Shown: positions 28,676 to 38,336 of the stretch, piece by piece
Layout of the letters: each line of letters starts with the position of its first letter
Position numbering within the stretch: the stretch's first letter is position 1
DNA from: an uncultured Alphaproteobacteria bacterium
Lineage (GTDB): Bacteria; Pseudomonadota; Alphaproteobacteria; CAAHEQ01; UBA3637
Direction of reading: 5' to 3'
DNA length: 64,000 nt
Assembly (NCBI GenBank): GCA_944393195.1
Contig: CALXZG010000001.1
Coordinates: 68,921 to 132,920, forward strand
Notes under the pieces: generated by a model
What the model saw: the letters and a program-made list of their open reading frames with translations, nothing else
What the model was told of the DNA's origin: nothing
Database searches by the model: none
Position numbers and translations under genes: made by a program

Positions 28676-29279
28676 CCTGTTTTTGATGACCTTATCCGGC
28701 CAATCGGAAAGCGGAACCGTACCGCCCGAAGGGCGTCGCATTATCGTGCCGGCGGGACAACATGTCGATATTTCCTTGTTGCTTTTGCACGGCAATGCCG
28801 ATATTCATGTGGTATTAACCGGGAAGCAGGCATCTTGTCGTATTCAAACGCTCTATTTATCCTGTCAAAACAATCGGAACAACCTGAATCTTGAAGTGAT
28901 ACATGAATCACCGGAAACCACATCGGAACAAATCATTAAAGGTATTGTCACCGATACGGCGCACACCGCTTTTCATGGGATTATCCGTATGCCGCATCAG
29001 GCACAACAATGCGTCGGGAGTCAAAATCATCGCGCCGTTTTATTAACGCCGCAGGCTGTGGTAATGGCAACGCCGGAATTGGAAATTTACGCCGATGATG
29101 TCCAATGCGCCCACGGTTCCGCTATCGGGGCGTTGGATACGGCGGCTTTGTTTTATCTGATGTCCCGGGGGATTGCGGAAAAAACGGCACGCCATATTTT
29201 ATTGCAGGCAATGATTAATGATAGTTTACCCCCGTCCTTTGAACCGGTTGTACAGGAGTGGATGGCACAACATGCATAA
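28659..29279 (+). CDS. sufD: Short SufD-like protein
   Basis: PELEIYADDVQCAHGS, LFYLMSRG; lies between sufC and sufS. Confidence 0.88.
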   Translation: MTSIDNLFLMTLSGQSESGTVPPEGRRIIVPAGQHVDISLLLLHGNADIHVVLTGKQASCRIQTLYLSCQNNRNNLNLEVIHESPETTSEQIIKGIVTDTAHTAFHGIIRMPHQAQQCVGSQNHRAVLLTPQAVVMATPELEIYADDVQCAHGSAIGALDTAALFYLMSRGIAEKTARHILLQAMINDSLPPSFEPVVQEWMAQHA

Positions 29280-30459
29280 ACAAGATTTTCCGTTATTAAC
29301 AAATACACCAACCGTTTATCTGGATTCGGCTGCGTCGGCGCAAAAACCGCAATCGGTATTGGCGGCCATGGATACGTTTTATCGAACATACTATGCGAAT
29401 GTCCATCGCGGACAATGCCATATCGCTGCACAAGCCACCGATTTATACGAACGGGCCCGCCGCACAATTGCTGCCTTTATCCATGCCGAACCCGATACGG
29501 TTGTCTTTACCAAAAGTACAACGGAAAGTATTAACCTTGTCGCCGCCGGGTATGAACGCCTGTTGCGGGCAGGCGATGAAGTTCTTGTCTGCATTGCCGA
29601 ACATCACGCAAATTTTGTGCCGTGGCAACAGGCTTGCCTGCGATCCGATGCCACCTTTAAAACATTTGGGATCACATCGGACGGAACAATTGATATGGCG
29701 GACTTTAACGCGCAACTTTCTCCGCGAACCAAAATCGTTGCCGTGGCGCAACTCGGCAATGTTCTCGGTGTTGCAAATCCTGTTCGGGAAATAGTTGCCG
29801 CCGCGCATGCCGTCGGTGCGCGCGTTTTGGTTGACGGTGCCCAAAGTTGTGCACATATGCCTGTCAATGTCAAAGACTTGGATTGTGATTTTTTTGCTTT
29901 TTCCGGCCACAAACTATATGGTCCGACCGGTATCGGTGTATTGTACGGAAAAGCCGAGGCCTTGTCTGAATTACCACCGTATCAGTTTGGTGGTGATATG
30001 ATTCGCCATGTTAGTGTTGCCGAAACAACGTTTGCCGAAGTCCCCGCTAAATTCGAAGCCGGTACCCCTCCCTTTGTAGAAGCTGTCGGATTGGCGGCCG
30101 CCGTCGATTATGTACAGGATATCGGGATGGAAACAATTGCCGAACACGAACAAAATTTAACCTCTCTTTTGTGCCAAGGTCTGTCCGATATTCCCGGCCT
30201 GACAATGTTGGGGGATGGTTCTTTGAAAAAAGGCATTGTCACCTTTAATGTGGCCGGTATTCATCCGGCAGATATCGCGTTTGCCCTGACGCAAGATAAT
30301 ATTTGCGTTCGGGTCGGTCACCATTGCGCCATGCCGGTTCATGCCCGTTTTCATCAGGATGTTTCTCTGCGCGTTTCATTCGGCCTCTATAACGAACCGG
30401 CCGATGTTGCGACTTTTTTGACATCCTTGCATAAAACAATATCCTTATTCGGAGGTTGA
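29272..30459 (+). CDS. sufS: Cysteine desulfurase SufS
   Basis: YLDSAA, EHHAN, FSGHKLYGPTG, FEAGTP, RVGHHCA. Confidence 0.96.
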   Translation: MHKQDFPLLTNTPTVYLDSAASAQKPQSVLAAMDTFYRTYYANVHRGQCHIAAQATDLYERARRTIAAFIHAEPDTVVFTKSTTESINLVAAGYERLLRAGDEVLVCIAEHHANFVPWQQACLRSDATFKTFGITSDGTIDMADFNAQLSPRTKIVAVAQLGNVLGVANPVREIVAAAHAVGARVLVDGAQSCAHMPVNVKDLDCDFFAFSGHKLYGPTGIGVLYGKAEALSELPPYQFGGDMIRHVSVAETTFAEVPAKFEAGTPPFVEAVGLAAAVDYVQDIGMETIAEHEQNLTSLLCQGLSDIPGLTMLGDGSLKKGIVTFNVAGIHPADIAFALTQDNICVRVGHHCAMPVHARFHQDVSLRVSFGLYNEPADVATFLTSLHKTISLFGG

Positions 30460-30460
30460 T

Positions 30461-30856
30461 ATGTCATCGGAAGAAGTGTCTGATTTAGAATCCCTTGTGC
30501 AACCTGACCTGACATATCGTGCAACGGCCGGGGCTCCATTGCCGCCCGATACGCCCCATGCTTCCCGTGACGATATTATCGCGGCATTAAAGGCGGTTCA
30601 AGATCCCGAATTATTACTGAATGTTTATGAACTCGGCTTGATTTACGATATTAAGCAAGAACCCGACGGTTCCGTTTTCGTTGTCATGACGTTGACGTCT
30701 CCGACCTGTCCGATGGCGGGGGAAATGCCCGGTATGGTTGCGAATGCGGTCGCTTCCGTTCCCGGTGTTGGTTTGGTGACCGTTGAATTAACATTTGAGC
30801 CGCCCTGGACAATAGAGCGGCTCAGTGAAGATATCCGATTGATGATGGGATTTTAA
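30461..30856 (+). CDS. SufT/DUF59 Fe-S assembly protein
   Basis: DPEL..NVYELGLIY, MTLTSPTCP, FEPPW. Confidence 0.9.
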   Translation: MSSEEVSDLESLVQPDLTYRATAGAPLPPDTPHASRDDIIAALKAVQDPELLLNVYELGLIYDIKQEPDGSVFVVMTLTSPTCPMAGEMPGMVANAVASVPGVGLVTVELTFEPPWTIERLSEDIRLMMGF

Positions 30857-31422
30857 TCCTTTGTATCGTCGATATCGGATTCATCAAATGGTTGATATTT
30901 AATATCCGAATCAATAGCGCTTCCGGGATCATCCGTACCTGTATTCACGTTGGTATCCGAACCGTTAATCGGCGCAATAGATTTGATCAATTCTAAAATA
31001 TTATGTGATATTTTCGGATTGACGATTTGAATGTAGTGCCGTACCAAATCCATCACATCACGACGCAAAAAGACTTCCGTACTGATATACGGCACGTCGG
31101 AATCCGATAACTGAAAACCGGAAATCTTTCGCGGACTGTTGCTTTGTGAAGCTTCATCCATTTTATCAAAGAAGAAATCAACCGGCACATCCAAAACCTG
31201 TGACAAATCCCACAACCGGCTGGCACCGATACGATTCAGGCCTTTTTCATACTTTTGTACTTGTTGGAATGTGATTCCCAATGCTTCCGCTAAACGTTCC
31301 TGGCTTAATCCCAACATCGTTCGTCTAAAACGAATGCGTGTTCCGACATAAATGTCAATCGGGTTGGGTGTTCCGTCCGATAACCGTCCGCGAATCGTTC
31401 CTTTTCTCTTTTTTTGAACCAT
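30853..31422 (-). CDS. XRE-family HTH transcriptional regulator
   Basis: SQERLAEALGITFQQVQKYEKGLNRIGASRL. Confidence 0.93.
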   Translation of the reverse strand: MVQKKRKGTIRGRLSDGTPNPIDIYVGTRIRFRRTMLGLSQERLAEALGITFQQVQKYEKGLNRIGASRLWDLSQVLDVPVDFFFDKMDEASQSNSPRKISGFQLSDSDVPYISTEVFLRRDVMDLVRHYIQIVNPKISHNILELIKSIAPINGSDTNVNTGTDDPGSAIDSDIKYQPFDESDIDDTKD

Positions 31423-31623
31423 AGTTTTTTTCCTTTCTCTACAACTATTACGGTTATTTTACATATAATCTGATGTTTTGTCAATATCATGATATGATTT
31501 TTTTCATGACAAAAATCATGTGTGATAAAAAGATTTGTTAACTATTTAAAAACAAAATAAATTATGACACTGTGAAAATAAAACGAAGGTTGAAACAGTC
31601 GCCAAAATATCGGCGTATGCTGT

Positions 31624-32610
31624 TTATCTTTCAAAAAGACAGACAATTTCAATGTGATTTGACCATGTGAATTGATCAACGGGTGTGACGGATGTTAACC
31701 GCCACCCGGCCGTTGTTAATATTCCGGCATCTCGGGCCGCCGTTGTCGGATTGCATGAGATCATAATAACTTTGGGAACCTGAGTTTGGGCGATTTGTTC
31801 AACTTGTGCCTTGGCTCCGGCCCGTGGCGGATCTAAAACAATTAAATCCAATCCCGCCATTTCATCGGGTAATAAAGGGGATCGAAATAAATCCCGAACG
31901 ATACCGTTTGTTCCCAATATGGCAACACTGTCCGCCGCGCAATCATATCCCGTTGTTCGAATGCCGGCCGCCAATAACGGTCGTGAAAAAGTACCGCTGC
32001 CACAAAATAAATCAACGGCTTTTCGATTTCCGGCGGCTGCCTGTAATACCAAATCAACTAAGATTTTCTCTCCGGCCAATGACGGTTGTAAAAAAGCATC
32101 TGCCGGTAAGGGCAGGGGGACTTTGGCAACAATCGGTTCTTGATTATAACTTAATCGCACCACGGCCGCATCGGATGCCATGATTGCTAATTTTTCCAAT
32201 AAAGGTAAGCCGGGGCGCCCGCCCGCCGTCTTGATATGAATATCCAATCCCCATTCCGTCGCCAGAACGAATATATCCCCGTGTCCCCCCAAACATTGCG
32301 CCCATTGCCGTAACGTCGGCAGAAAAGAAACAATTGCGGGAACCAAAACACGGCATTCGTCAATTTCAATAATACGGTGACTTTTTAACGCGTTATAACC
32401 GACTTTTCCGCCTTGAAAAGCAAAACAAGCCCGCCGTCGACTTTGAATCGGAACGGTTTTGACCGGTTCCGTCGTTACCTTTAATCCGTGATCGGCAAAA
32501 GCCCGCTCAACAAAATCTTTCTTTTTTTGTAAATAAATATCTGTCGGCAGATCCTGGTACAGGCATCCGCCACACATGTTGAAAAAAGGGCATATTGTTT
32601 GTGTCATCAT
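31624..32610 (-). CDS. RlmD/TrmA-family RNA (uracil-5)-methyltransferase
   Basis: C..F..CGGC, FLQ, DLFCGSGTF, LDPPRAG, SCNP, HIE. Confidence 0.9.
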   Translation of the reverse strand: MMTQTICPFFNMCGGCLYQDLPTDIYLQKKKDFVERAFADHGLKVTTEPVKTVPIQSRRRACFAFQGGKVGYNALKSHRIIEIDECRVLVPAIVSFLPTLRQWAQCLGGHGDIFVLATEWGLDIHIKTAGGRPGLPLLEKLAIMASDAAVVRLSYNQEPIVAKVPLPLPADAFLQPSLAGEKILVDLVLQAAAGNRKAVDLFCGSGTFSRPLLAAGIRTTGYDCAADSVAILGTNGIVRDLFRSPLLPDEMAGLDLIVLDPPRAGAKAQVEQIAQTQVPKVIMISCNPTTAARDAGILTTAGWRLTSVTPVDQFTWSNHIEIVCLFER

Positions 32611-32716
32611 GCCTCTATCATATCATTTTTTTTGAATTTGTCATCTAAATAGTTTGACTTTTGTCGTAAAAAACGCTAACTTGGCCACATTAGAGATATA
32701 ACCAAAGAGGATAATT

Positions 32717-34195
32717 ATGTCAGAGATACAAAATACAGGACACGAACAACGTCGTATTCGGATTGAAAAATTAAAGGCGATTGAGGCAACGGGCCTCAAC
32801 GCCTATCCGCAAATTTACCGACCGACCGATACATCCGCCGGTTTAAATGCCACTTTTGCCGATTTGCCGAATGATACTCAAACCGATACGGTGGTTAAAG
32901 TCGCCGGCCGTATTCGGGCCATTCGCAACTCCGGTATGTTTATGGATATCTATGACGCAACCGGTAAAGTTCAAATTTATACCTCATTGGAAAATGCGCC
33001 CGAAACAACAAAGCAAATTCTTTCATGGCTTGATATCGGTGATATTATCGGTGTTGAAGGAACCGTTCGTCGGACAAAACGCGGTGAATTGTCTGTTGCC
33101 TCGACACACATAACAATATTGGCCAAAGCATTACAACCGCTGCCGGAAAAGTTCCACGGCCTGACCGATACGGATACCAAATATCGGCAACGCTATCTGG
33201 ATATGATTATGAATCCGGAAACGACGGAAACGTTAATTAAGCGCAGTCGGATTATTACGGCCGTTCGTCAATTGTTATTGGAAGAGGGATTGCTTGAAGT
33301 TGAAACACCTCTTTTGCATGTTATTAAAGGCGGTGCAACGGCAAAACCGTTTATTACCCACCATAATGCATTGGATATGGACTTGTTTTTGCGCGTGGCG
33401 CCGGAATTGTATTTGAAACGGTTGATTGTGGGCGGACTGCCGGGTGTTTTTGAAATCGGTCGTAACTTCCGGAACGAAGGTATCGATACCCGTCACAATC
33501 CGGAATTTACCATGATGGAAGTCTACCGCCAATATAACGATTACACCGATATGATGACGTTGTTTGAAAAAATTGTTGAAACGGCTTGTTTTGCCGTTAA
33601 CGGATCGTATGAAGTGGAAATCGGCGGTCGGAAGATTAACCTGAAAGGGCCTTATCCGCGCCGTTCTATGGCTGATTTGGTTAAGGAACATACGGGTGTT
33701 GATTTTATGGCTATTGATACGGACGAGGCTGCTCGTGCCGCTGCCCAAGATTTACATGTTCCCGTGACGGATGATATGGATTGGGGACATTGCCTGGCGG
33801 CTGTGTTTGAAGAAAAATGCGAAGAACATTTAATTCAACCGGTTCACGTCATCGATCATCCGAAATCCATTTCACCGTTGACGAAAGAACATCGGTCGGA
33901 ATCGCGTTTGGTCGAACGGTTTGAAACATTTATCAATACCTGGGAAATGTGTAATGCTTATTCGGAATTAACCAACCCCTTGGATCAACGGGAACGGTTT
34001 GAAGAACAAGTCAAAGCGCGTGAAGCCGGTGATGATGAAGCCGACATGATGGATGAAGATTTTGTCACGGCATTGGAACACGGTATGCCGCCAACCGGGG
34101 GATTGGGGGTTGGTATTGATCGGTTGATCATGATTTTGACGGGTAACCCCTCGATTCGTGATATTATCGCTTTCCCAACAATGCGTAAAAAATAA
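32717..34195 (+). CDS. lysS: Lysine-tRNA ligase, class II
   Basis: YRQRYLD, APELYLKRL, FRNEGID..HNPEFT, GMPPTGGLGVGIDRL. Confidence 0.98.
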   Translation: MSEIQNTGHEQRRIRIEKLKAIEATGLNAYPQIYRPTDTSAGLNATFADLPNDTQTDTVVKVAGRIRAIRNSGMFMDIYDATGKVQIYTSLENAPETTKQILSWLDIGDIIGVEGTVRRTKRGELSVASTHITILAKALQPLPEKFHGLTDTDTKYRQRYLDMIMNPETTETLIKRSRIITAVRQLLLEEGLLEVETPLLHVIKGGATAKPFITHHNALDMDLFLRVAPELYLKRLIVGGLPGVFEIGRNFRNEGIDTRHNPEFTMMEVYRQYNDYTDMMTLFEKIVETACFAVNGSYEVEIGGRKINLKGPYPRRSMADLVKEHTGVDFMAIDTDEAARAAAQDLHVPVTDDMDWGHCLAAVFEEKCEEHLIQPVHVIDHPKSISPLTKEHRSESRLVERFETFINTWEMCNAYSELTNPLDQRERFEEQVKAREAGDDEADMMDEDFVTALEHGMPPTGGLGVGIDRLIMILTGNPSIRDIIAFPTMRKK

Positions 34196-34213
34196 TTGAA
34201 AGGAGAAAACAAA

Positions 34214-34474
34214 ATGGATAAAGAAAAATTAAAAGCTGTCGGACATGAATTGTCGATATTGGAACCGGTTTTGATAACGAAACTCGGGCCGAAATTGAAA
34301 CCCTATATTCGGATTATTTATTTTGTCCTGATGGGGTTGTTGGCATTAACGACATTGGGCGCGATCGTTCACCTGTTTACGGCGGGTATTACGATGTTTA
34401 TCTTTGAACTGGTTGTCTTGTTCATTGAATTTGTGATCGTCCGGATGTTCTGTGAATACGTCAACAAAGAATAA
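34214..34474 (+). CDS. Small membrane protein, two TM helices
   Basis: RBS aggag; hydrophobic segments. Confidence 0.7.
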   Translation: MDKEKLKAVGHELSILEPVLITKLGPKLKPYIRIIYFVLMGLLALTTLGAIVHLFTAGITMFIFELVVLFIEFVIVRMFCEYVNKE

Positions 34475-34482
34475 GGGGTTCC

Positions 34483-34559
34483 GTTCTCGTAGCTCAGATG
34501 GATAGAGCACAGGATTCCTAATCCTGGGGCCGTGGGTTCGACTCCCGCCGAGAACGCCA
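34483..34559 (+). tRNA. tRNA-Arg(CCT)
   Basis: GTTCTCG...CGAGAAC-GCCA; anticodon arm CAGGA-TTCCTAA-TCCTG; GTTCGA. Confidence 0.96.
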
Positions 34560-35029
34560 TGGATACGTCGGCGATGATACAAAGACAGGCTACCTGTGTG
34601 ACGATAAACGGTGCTGCTATTTTGATAGAAGGTGCTGCCGGTATCGGAAAATCATCGCTGGCGCTCCGTTTGCTACATCACGGTGCCCGTTTAATATCGG
34701 ATGATGTGACGGCCTTAAAGGGACAAGATGGTACCTTAACGGCTGTTTTGCCGGAACGGGGCCGGGGATGCATGGAAATCCGATCCCTTGGTGTTTTATC
34801 CGGATTTCCAACGGGAAAAGCCACCCCAGTTCGATTGCGCGTTGTTCTGGTTCCCAATTATCCGGAACGATTACCGCAATTGCAAACAGAAAACATTGAC
34901 GGCGTATCGGTTCCGACATTTTATTTGTGGGCACAACATCCCGCATTGCCGGAACAGGTTTTGTCTGCCCTTGGTATAGTTAACGGAGATTTAGTACCGG
35001 TCTCCACTTTGATGAAAGAAGAGGATTAA
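34559..35029 (+). CDS. hprK: Short alphaproteobacterial HPr kinase/phosphorylase (start may be 34574)
   Basis: GAAGIGKSSLAL, LISDD, MEIR; upstream of EIIA and HPr. Confidence 0.8.
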   Translation: MDTSAMIQRQATCVTINGAAILIEGAAGIGKSSLALRLLHHGARLISDDVTALKGQDGTLTAVLPERGRGCMEIRSLGVLSGFPTGKATPVRLRVVLVPNYPERLPQLQTENIDGVSVPTFYLWAQHPALPEQVLSALGIVNGDLVPVSTLMKEED

Positions 35030-35032
35030 ACG

Positions 35033-35434
35033 ATGATAGGAATAGTTTTGGTAACACACGGTCGCTTGGCTCAGGAAATGTTAGCTGTGACACAACACGT
35101 TGTCGGCCCTCAAACGGGTGTGGCCTGTGTCGGTATTGACCCGACGGATGACAGCGAACAAAAACGACATGAAATTTTGGAAAAAACAGCCGAAGTTGAT
35201 ACTGGCGACGGTGTGATCGTGATTACGGATATGTTCGGTGGTACACCGTCTAATTTGGCTATTTCCATTATGGAAGAGCGGAATATAGAGGTTATTTCCG
35301 GTATGAATATCCCCATGTTGGTTAAGTTGATGCGTGAACGTGGTGAAACGGTTAACGATGCCGTCATGGCTGCCCAAGAAGCCGGTCGAAAATATATCAA
35401 TATCGCGTCACACTTATTGAAATTGGATACCTGA
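35033..35434 (+). CDS. PTS EIIA, mannose family
   Basis: LVTHG, TDMFGGTPSN, GMNIPM. Confidence 0.93.
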   Translation: MIGIVLVTHGRLAQEMLAVTQHVVGPQTGVACVGIDPTDDSEQKRHEILEKTAEVDTGDGVIVITDMFGGTPSNLAISIMEERNIEVISGMNIPMLVKLMRERGETVNDAVMAAQEAGRKYINIASHLLKLDT

Positions 35435-35435
35435 T

Positions 35436-35714
35436 ATGTCAAAGCAAATCTTGGATATAAAGATTCAAAATTTAAAAGGTCTTCATGCTCGGGCAACGGC
35501 GGCTTTTGTTAAAACGGCCGAACAATTTCAATCGAATATTACCGTGGAAAAAGCGGGTGAATTGCCTGTTTCCGGAAAATCCATTATGGGGTTGTTGATG
35601 TTGGCTGTTCCTTTGGGGGAAAGTATTCATATTACGGCGACCGGTCCCGATGCTTCCGAAGCCATTCAAGCATTGGAAGCCCTTATCAACGATCGTTTCG
35701 GTGAAGGGATGTAG
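35436..35714 (+). CDS. ptsH: Phosphocarrier protein HPr
   Basis: GLHARA, GKSIMGLLML. Confidence 0.93.
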   Translation: MSKQILDIKIQNLKGLHARATAAFVKTAEQFQSNITVEKAGELPVSGKSIMGLLMLAVPLGESIHITATGPDASEAIQALEALINDRFGEGM

Positions 35715-35727
35715 GGCTATTAAGTTA

Positions 35728-35764
35728 TAAAAAAAACACCTTGTTTCGGCAAGGTGTTTTTTTT
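35728..35764. terminator. Bidirectional terminator
   Basis: aaaaaaaacaccttg-tttcgg-caaggtgttttttt. Confidence 0.9.
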
Positions 35765-35779
35765 GTTAATGCCATAAAG

Positions 35780-36034
35780 TTAATTTGTTTCTAGGGCCAT
35801 ATCAATGGCTTTTGCCAATTGATCCGCGCAGGATGTTCCTTTGCCACGGCAATCATTTCCTCTCAGAATATCGGCAACCGCTTTGGCATCCTTGCCTTCT
35901 ACCAATTTGGCGATAGCCAGTAAATTACCGACGCATCCGCCGATAAACTTTAAATTGTGAATTTTTCCGTCAATGATGTCAAAACTGATGTTTTTAGAAC
36001 AAACCCCTTGCGGTGTATAGGAAAAATGTTTCAT
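35780..36034 (-). CDS. TSCPD-domain protein (TIGR03905-like)
   Basis: GVCS..I, GGC.GNL, C..KGTSCADQLA. Confidence 0.85.
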   Translation of the reverse strand: MKHFSYTPQGVCSKNISFDIIDGKIHNLKFIGGCVGNLLAIAKLVEGKDAKAVADILRGNDCRGKGTSCADQLAKAIDMALETN

Positions 36035-36205
36035 CTGTCAATCTCCGTTTAATTGTTTTCTTTTTTATAACAAAATACCGCTCTGAAATCAACGTAAATA
36101 TATCCCTTTTGCCTAGATTTTAATCGTTTTTTGTGGTTGTTCGGCGCTTTTAGGGGATTTTATTTAAACATGAACAATAAAAAAAACGCCCTATGGCGTT
36201 TGGAA

Positions 36206-36282
36206 TGGTGGGTGTGGCAAGACTCGAACTTGCGACCTTTACGATGTCAACGTAACGCTCTAACCACCTGAGCTACACACCC
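36206..36282 (-). tRNA. tRNA-Val(GAC)
   Basis: GGGTGTG...CACACCC-ACCA; anticodon arm TTACG-TTGACAT-CGTAA. Confidence 0.96.
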
Positions 36283-36571
36283 TTTCTGTCGAAAGTAAAA
36301 TTCTTTTACACGATTTTGAAACGAATTGCAAGTCTTTTTTTGAAAAAATGTATTTTAATTGTTCCCGATGATATGTATCCATGACATATAATCTGTTTAT
36401 TTATTTGATTTTACGACGATTTATTTAAATTAAAAAATAATTTTCTTGGTTTGATTATTTCATCCTTTTTTGAAGAAATTATTGCTTGCCTTTTTTGGAA
36501 TATTTATGTATGATTCTATATCGCTGCTACGATTAGTTTAAAAGTTATTAACCAGGGAAAGGTAAACGTCA

Positions 36572-37519
36572 ATGCCTAAAATATCAATCATCGTGCCGGT
36601 TTATGGTGTTGAACGTTATTTAGCCCGTTGTTTGGATTCTATTTTAAATCAAACATTTCGGAATTTTGAGGTTATTTGTGTCAATGACGGCAGCCCGGAT
36701 AATTGTGGCGTTATTCTGGCTGATTATGCGGTTCGCGATAATCGTATTCGTATTATTACACAGGAAAATAAAGGTCTTTCCGCGGCCCGCAATCATGGTT
36801 TGAAGCAGGCGACCGGTACATATGCTTTGTTTGTTGATTCGGATGATTATATCCATCCGCAATTATTGGAAAGAACGTTGGCCGTTATTGAACAATCTCA
36901 TGCCGATATTGTTTGTTTTTCTTTTCAAAATACTTTGCCCGATACACCTGTTTTTTTTCCATTATTAGAGCCAAGCAAAGTATTATTAACGGATTATCCG
37001 CTGACCTTTTGCCGTAAAAGATGTTCTTGGAGAATCTTTTTTAACGTCTGGTCAAAATTATACCGTCGTGATTTTATTGCGGATCTCTCTTTTATGGAAG
37101 GTATTTGTTTTGAAGATTTTCCGTATATTCTTTCTTTAATGGCGAAACGGCCGAAAACGGCAATTATCAAAGATAAATTATATTATTATGTTGATAATGA
37201 AAGTTCTATTACACATCGGGCGTTAACACCGCGTCACATTTATGATTACCATGCGGGATTATGTGCTATTTATGAAACATATCAATCCTGTCCGGTTAAA
37301 GATTGGCACTTTGTTCGACGTATCGTTTTTCCCAATATTTTAAAACAACAGCTGCATCGTATTTATTCGTCGGCAACAGATAAACAACCGCTGCTTTGGA
37401 TGGCATTTGCCCATGAATTACGTGATTTAAAAAGAAAGGGATGCCTCCCTTTTTGCGGTCATAAATTAAAATATTATTGGATGTATTGCCGTTTGCTGAA
37501 AGGGAAAATGCCGTTATGA
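36572..37519 (+). CDS. Glycosyltransferase family 2
   Basis: SIIVPVY, VNDGSPD, GLSAARN, FVDSDD; paralogue of 1706-2689. Confidence 0.92.
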   Translation: MPKISIIVPVYGVERYLARCLDSILNQTFRNFEVICVNDGSPDNCGVILADYAVRDNRIRIITQENKGLSAARNHGLKQATGTYALFVDSDDYIHPQLLERTLAVIEQSHADIVCFSFQNTLPDTPVFFPLLEPSKVLLTDYPLTFCRKRCSWRIFFNVWSKLYRRDFIADLSFMEGICFEDFPYILSLMAKRPKTAIIKDKLYYYVDNESSITHRALTPRHIYDYHAGLCAIYETYQSCPVKDWHFVRRIVFPNILKQQLHRIYSSATDKQPLLWMAFAHELRDLKRKGCLPFCGHKLKYYWMYCRLLKGKMPL

Positions 37520-38334
37520 CAATTCATTTATTCGTTTGTTGCCATAAACCCGCTATCGTGCCGCAAAATGATATCATTAAACCGATACATGTCGGTAAAA
37601 CTCTGTCCCCGCTTAATTTGAATATGCCGGGGGATGACACGGGCGATCATATTTCCGAAAAAAATCCCCATTTTTGTGAGTTGACGGCCACCTATTGGAT
37701 TTGGAAGAATTGTCACGCCGATATTGTCGGTTTATTCCATTATCGTCGCTATTTAAATTTTAAGACATCGGATACAAAATCCTTTCATGTGCCTGCCGAT
37801 TTTACGGAAAAATACGGTTTGACTCCGGCCTGCATTCAAAACGCTTTGGCTGATTGTGATTTGATTGTTCCCCGTGCGAGTAAACCGACGGAGGTAAGTG
37901 TCTACGATTATTATCGGAACGCGCATGTTGTCTCTGATTTGGATTTAGTTCTGGATATTATTCGTGACAAATATCCGGATACATATGTCGCCGCGGAACA
38001 AGCCTTAAAAAACACCTCCCAAATGTATCTCGGTAATATACTGATTGCTAAAAAGGAAATCTTTGATTTATACGCGGCATGGCTGTTTGATATTTTATTT
38101 GCCGTTGAACAAAAAATCCAACCGGAAGTCCTGAAACGGGATGCGTATCAACAACGTGTTTATGGTTTTTTGGCGGAAAGAATGATGGGCGTGTTTTTGG
38201 CAACGCATCCGACCTTAAAGGTCAAAACACTGCCGCTGTTGTTTGTTGAGGAAAATCTGAAAAAGTGGTGCCGCTATTGTATCCGTCAATGGAAGCGTCG
38301 TATCTTGCGACTATTGGGATTGCGGAGGAAATAA
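37516..38334 (+). CDS. DUF4422-domain protein, probable galactofuranosyltransferase
   Basis: DDTGDHISEKNPHFCELTATYWIWKN, GLFHYRRY, GFLAER; adjacent to glf. Confidence 0.85.
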   Translation: MTIHLFVCCHKPAIVPQNDIIKPIHVGKTLSPLNLNMPGDDTGDHISEKNPHFCELTATYWIWKNCHADIVGLFHYRRYLNFKTSDTKSFHVPADFTEKYGLTPACIQNALADCDLIVPRASKPTEVSVYDYYRNAHVVSDLDLVLDIIRDKYPDTYVAAEQALKNTSQMYLGNILIAKKEIFDLYAAWLFDILFAVEQKIQPEVLKRDAYQQRVYGFLAERMMGVFLATHPTLKVKTLPLLFVEENLKKWCRYCIRQWKRRILRLLGLRRK

Positions 38335-38336
38335 TC

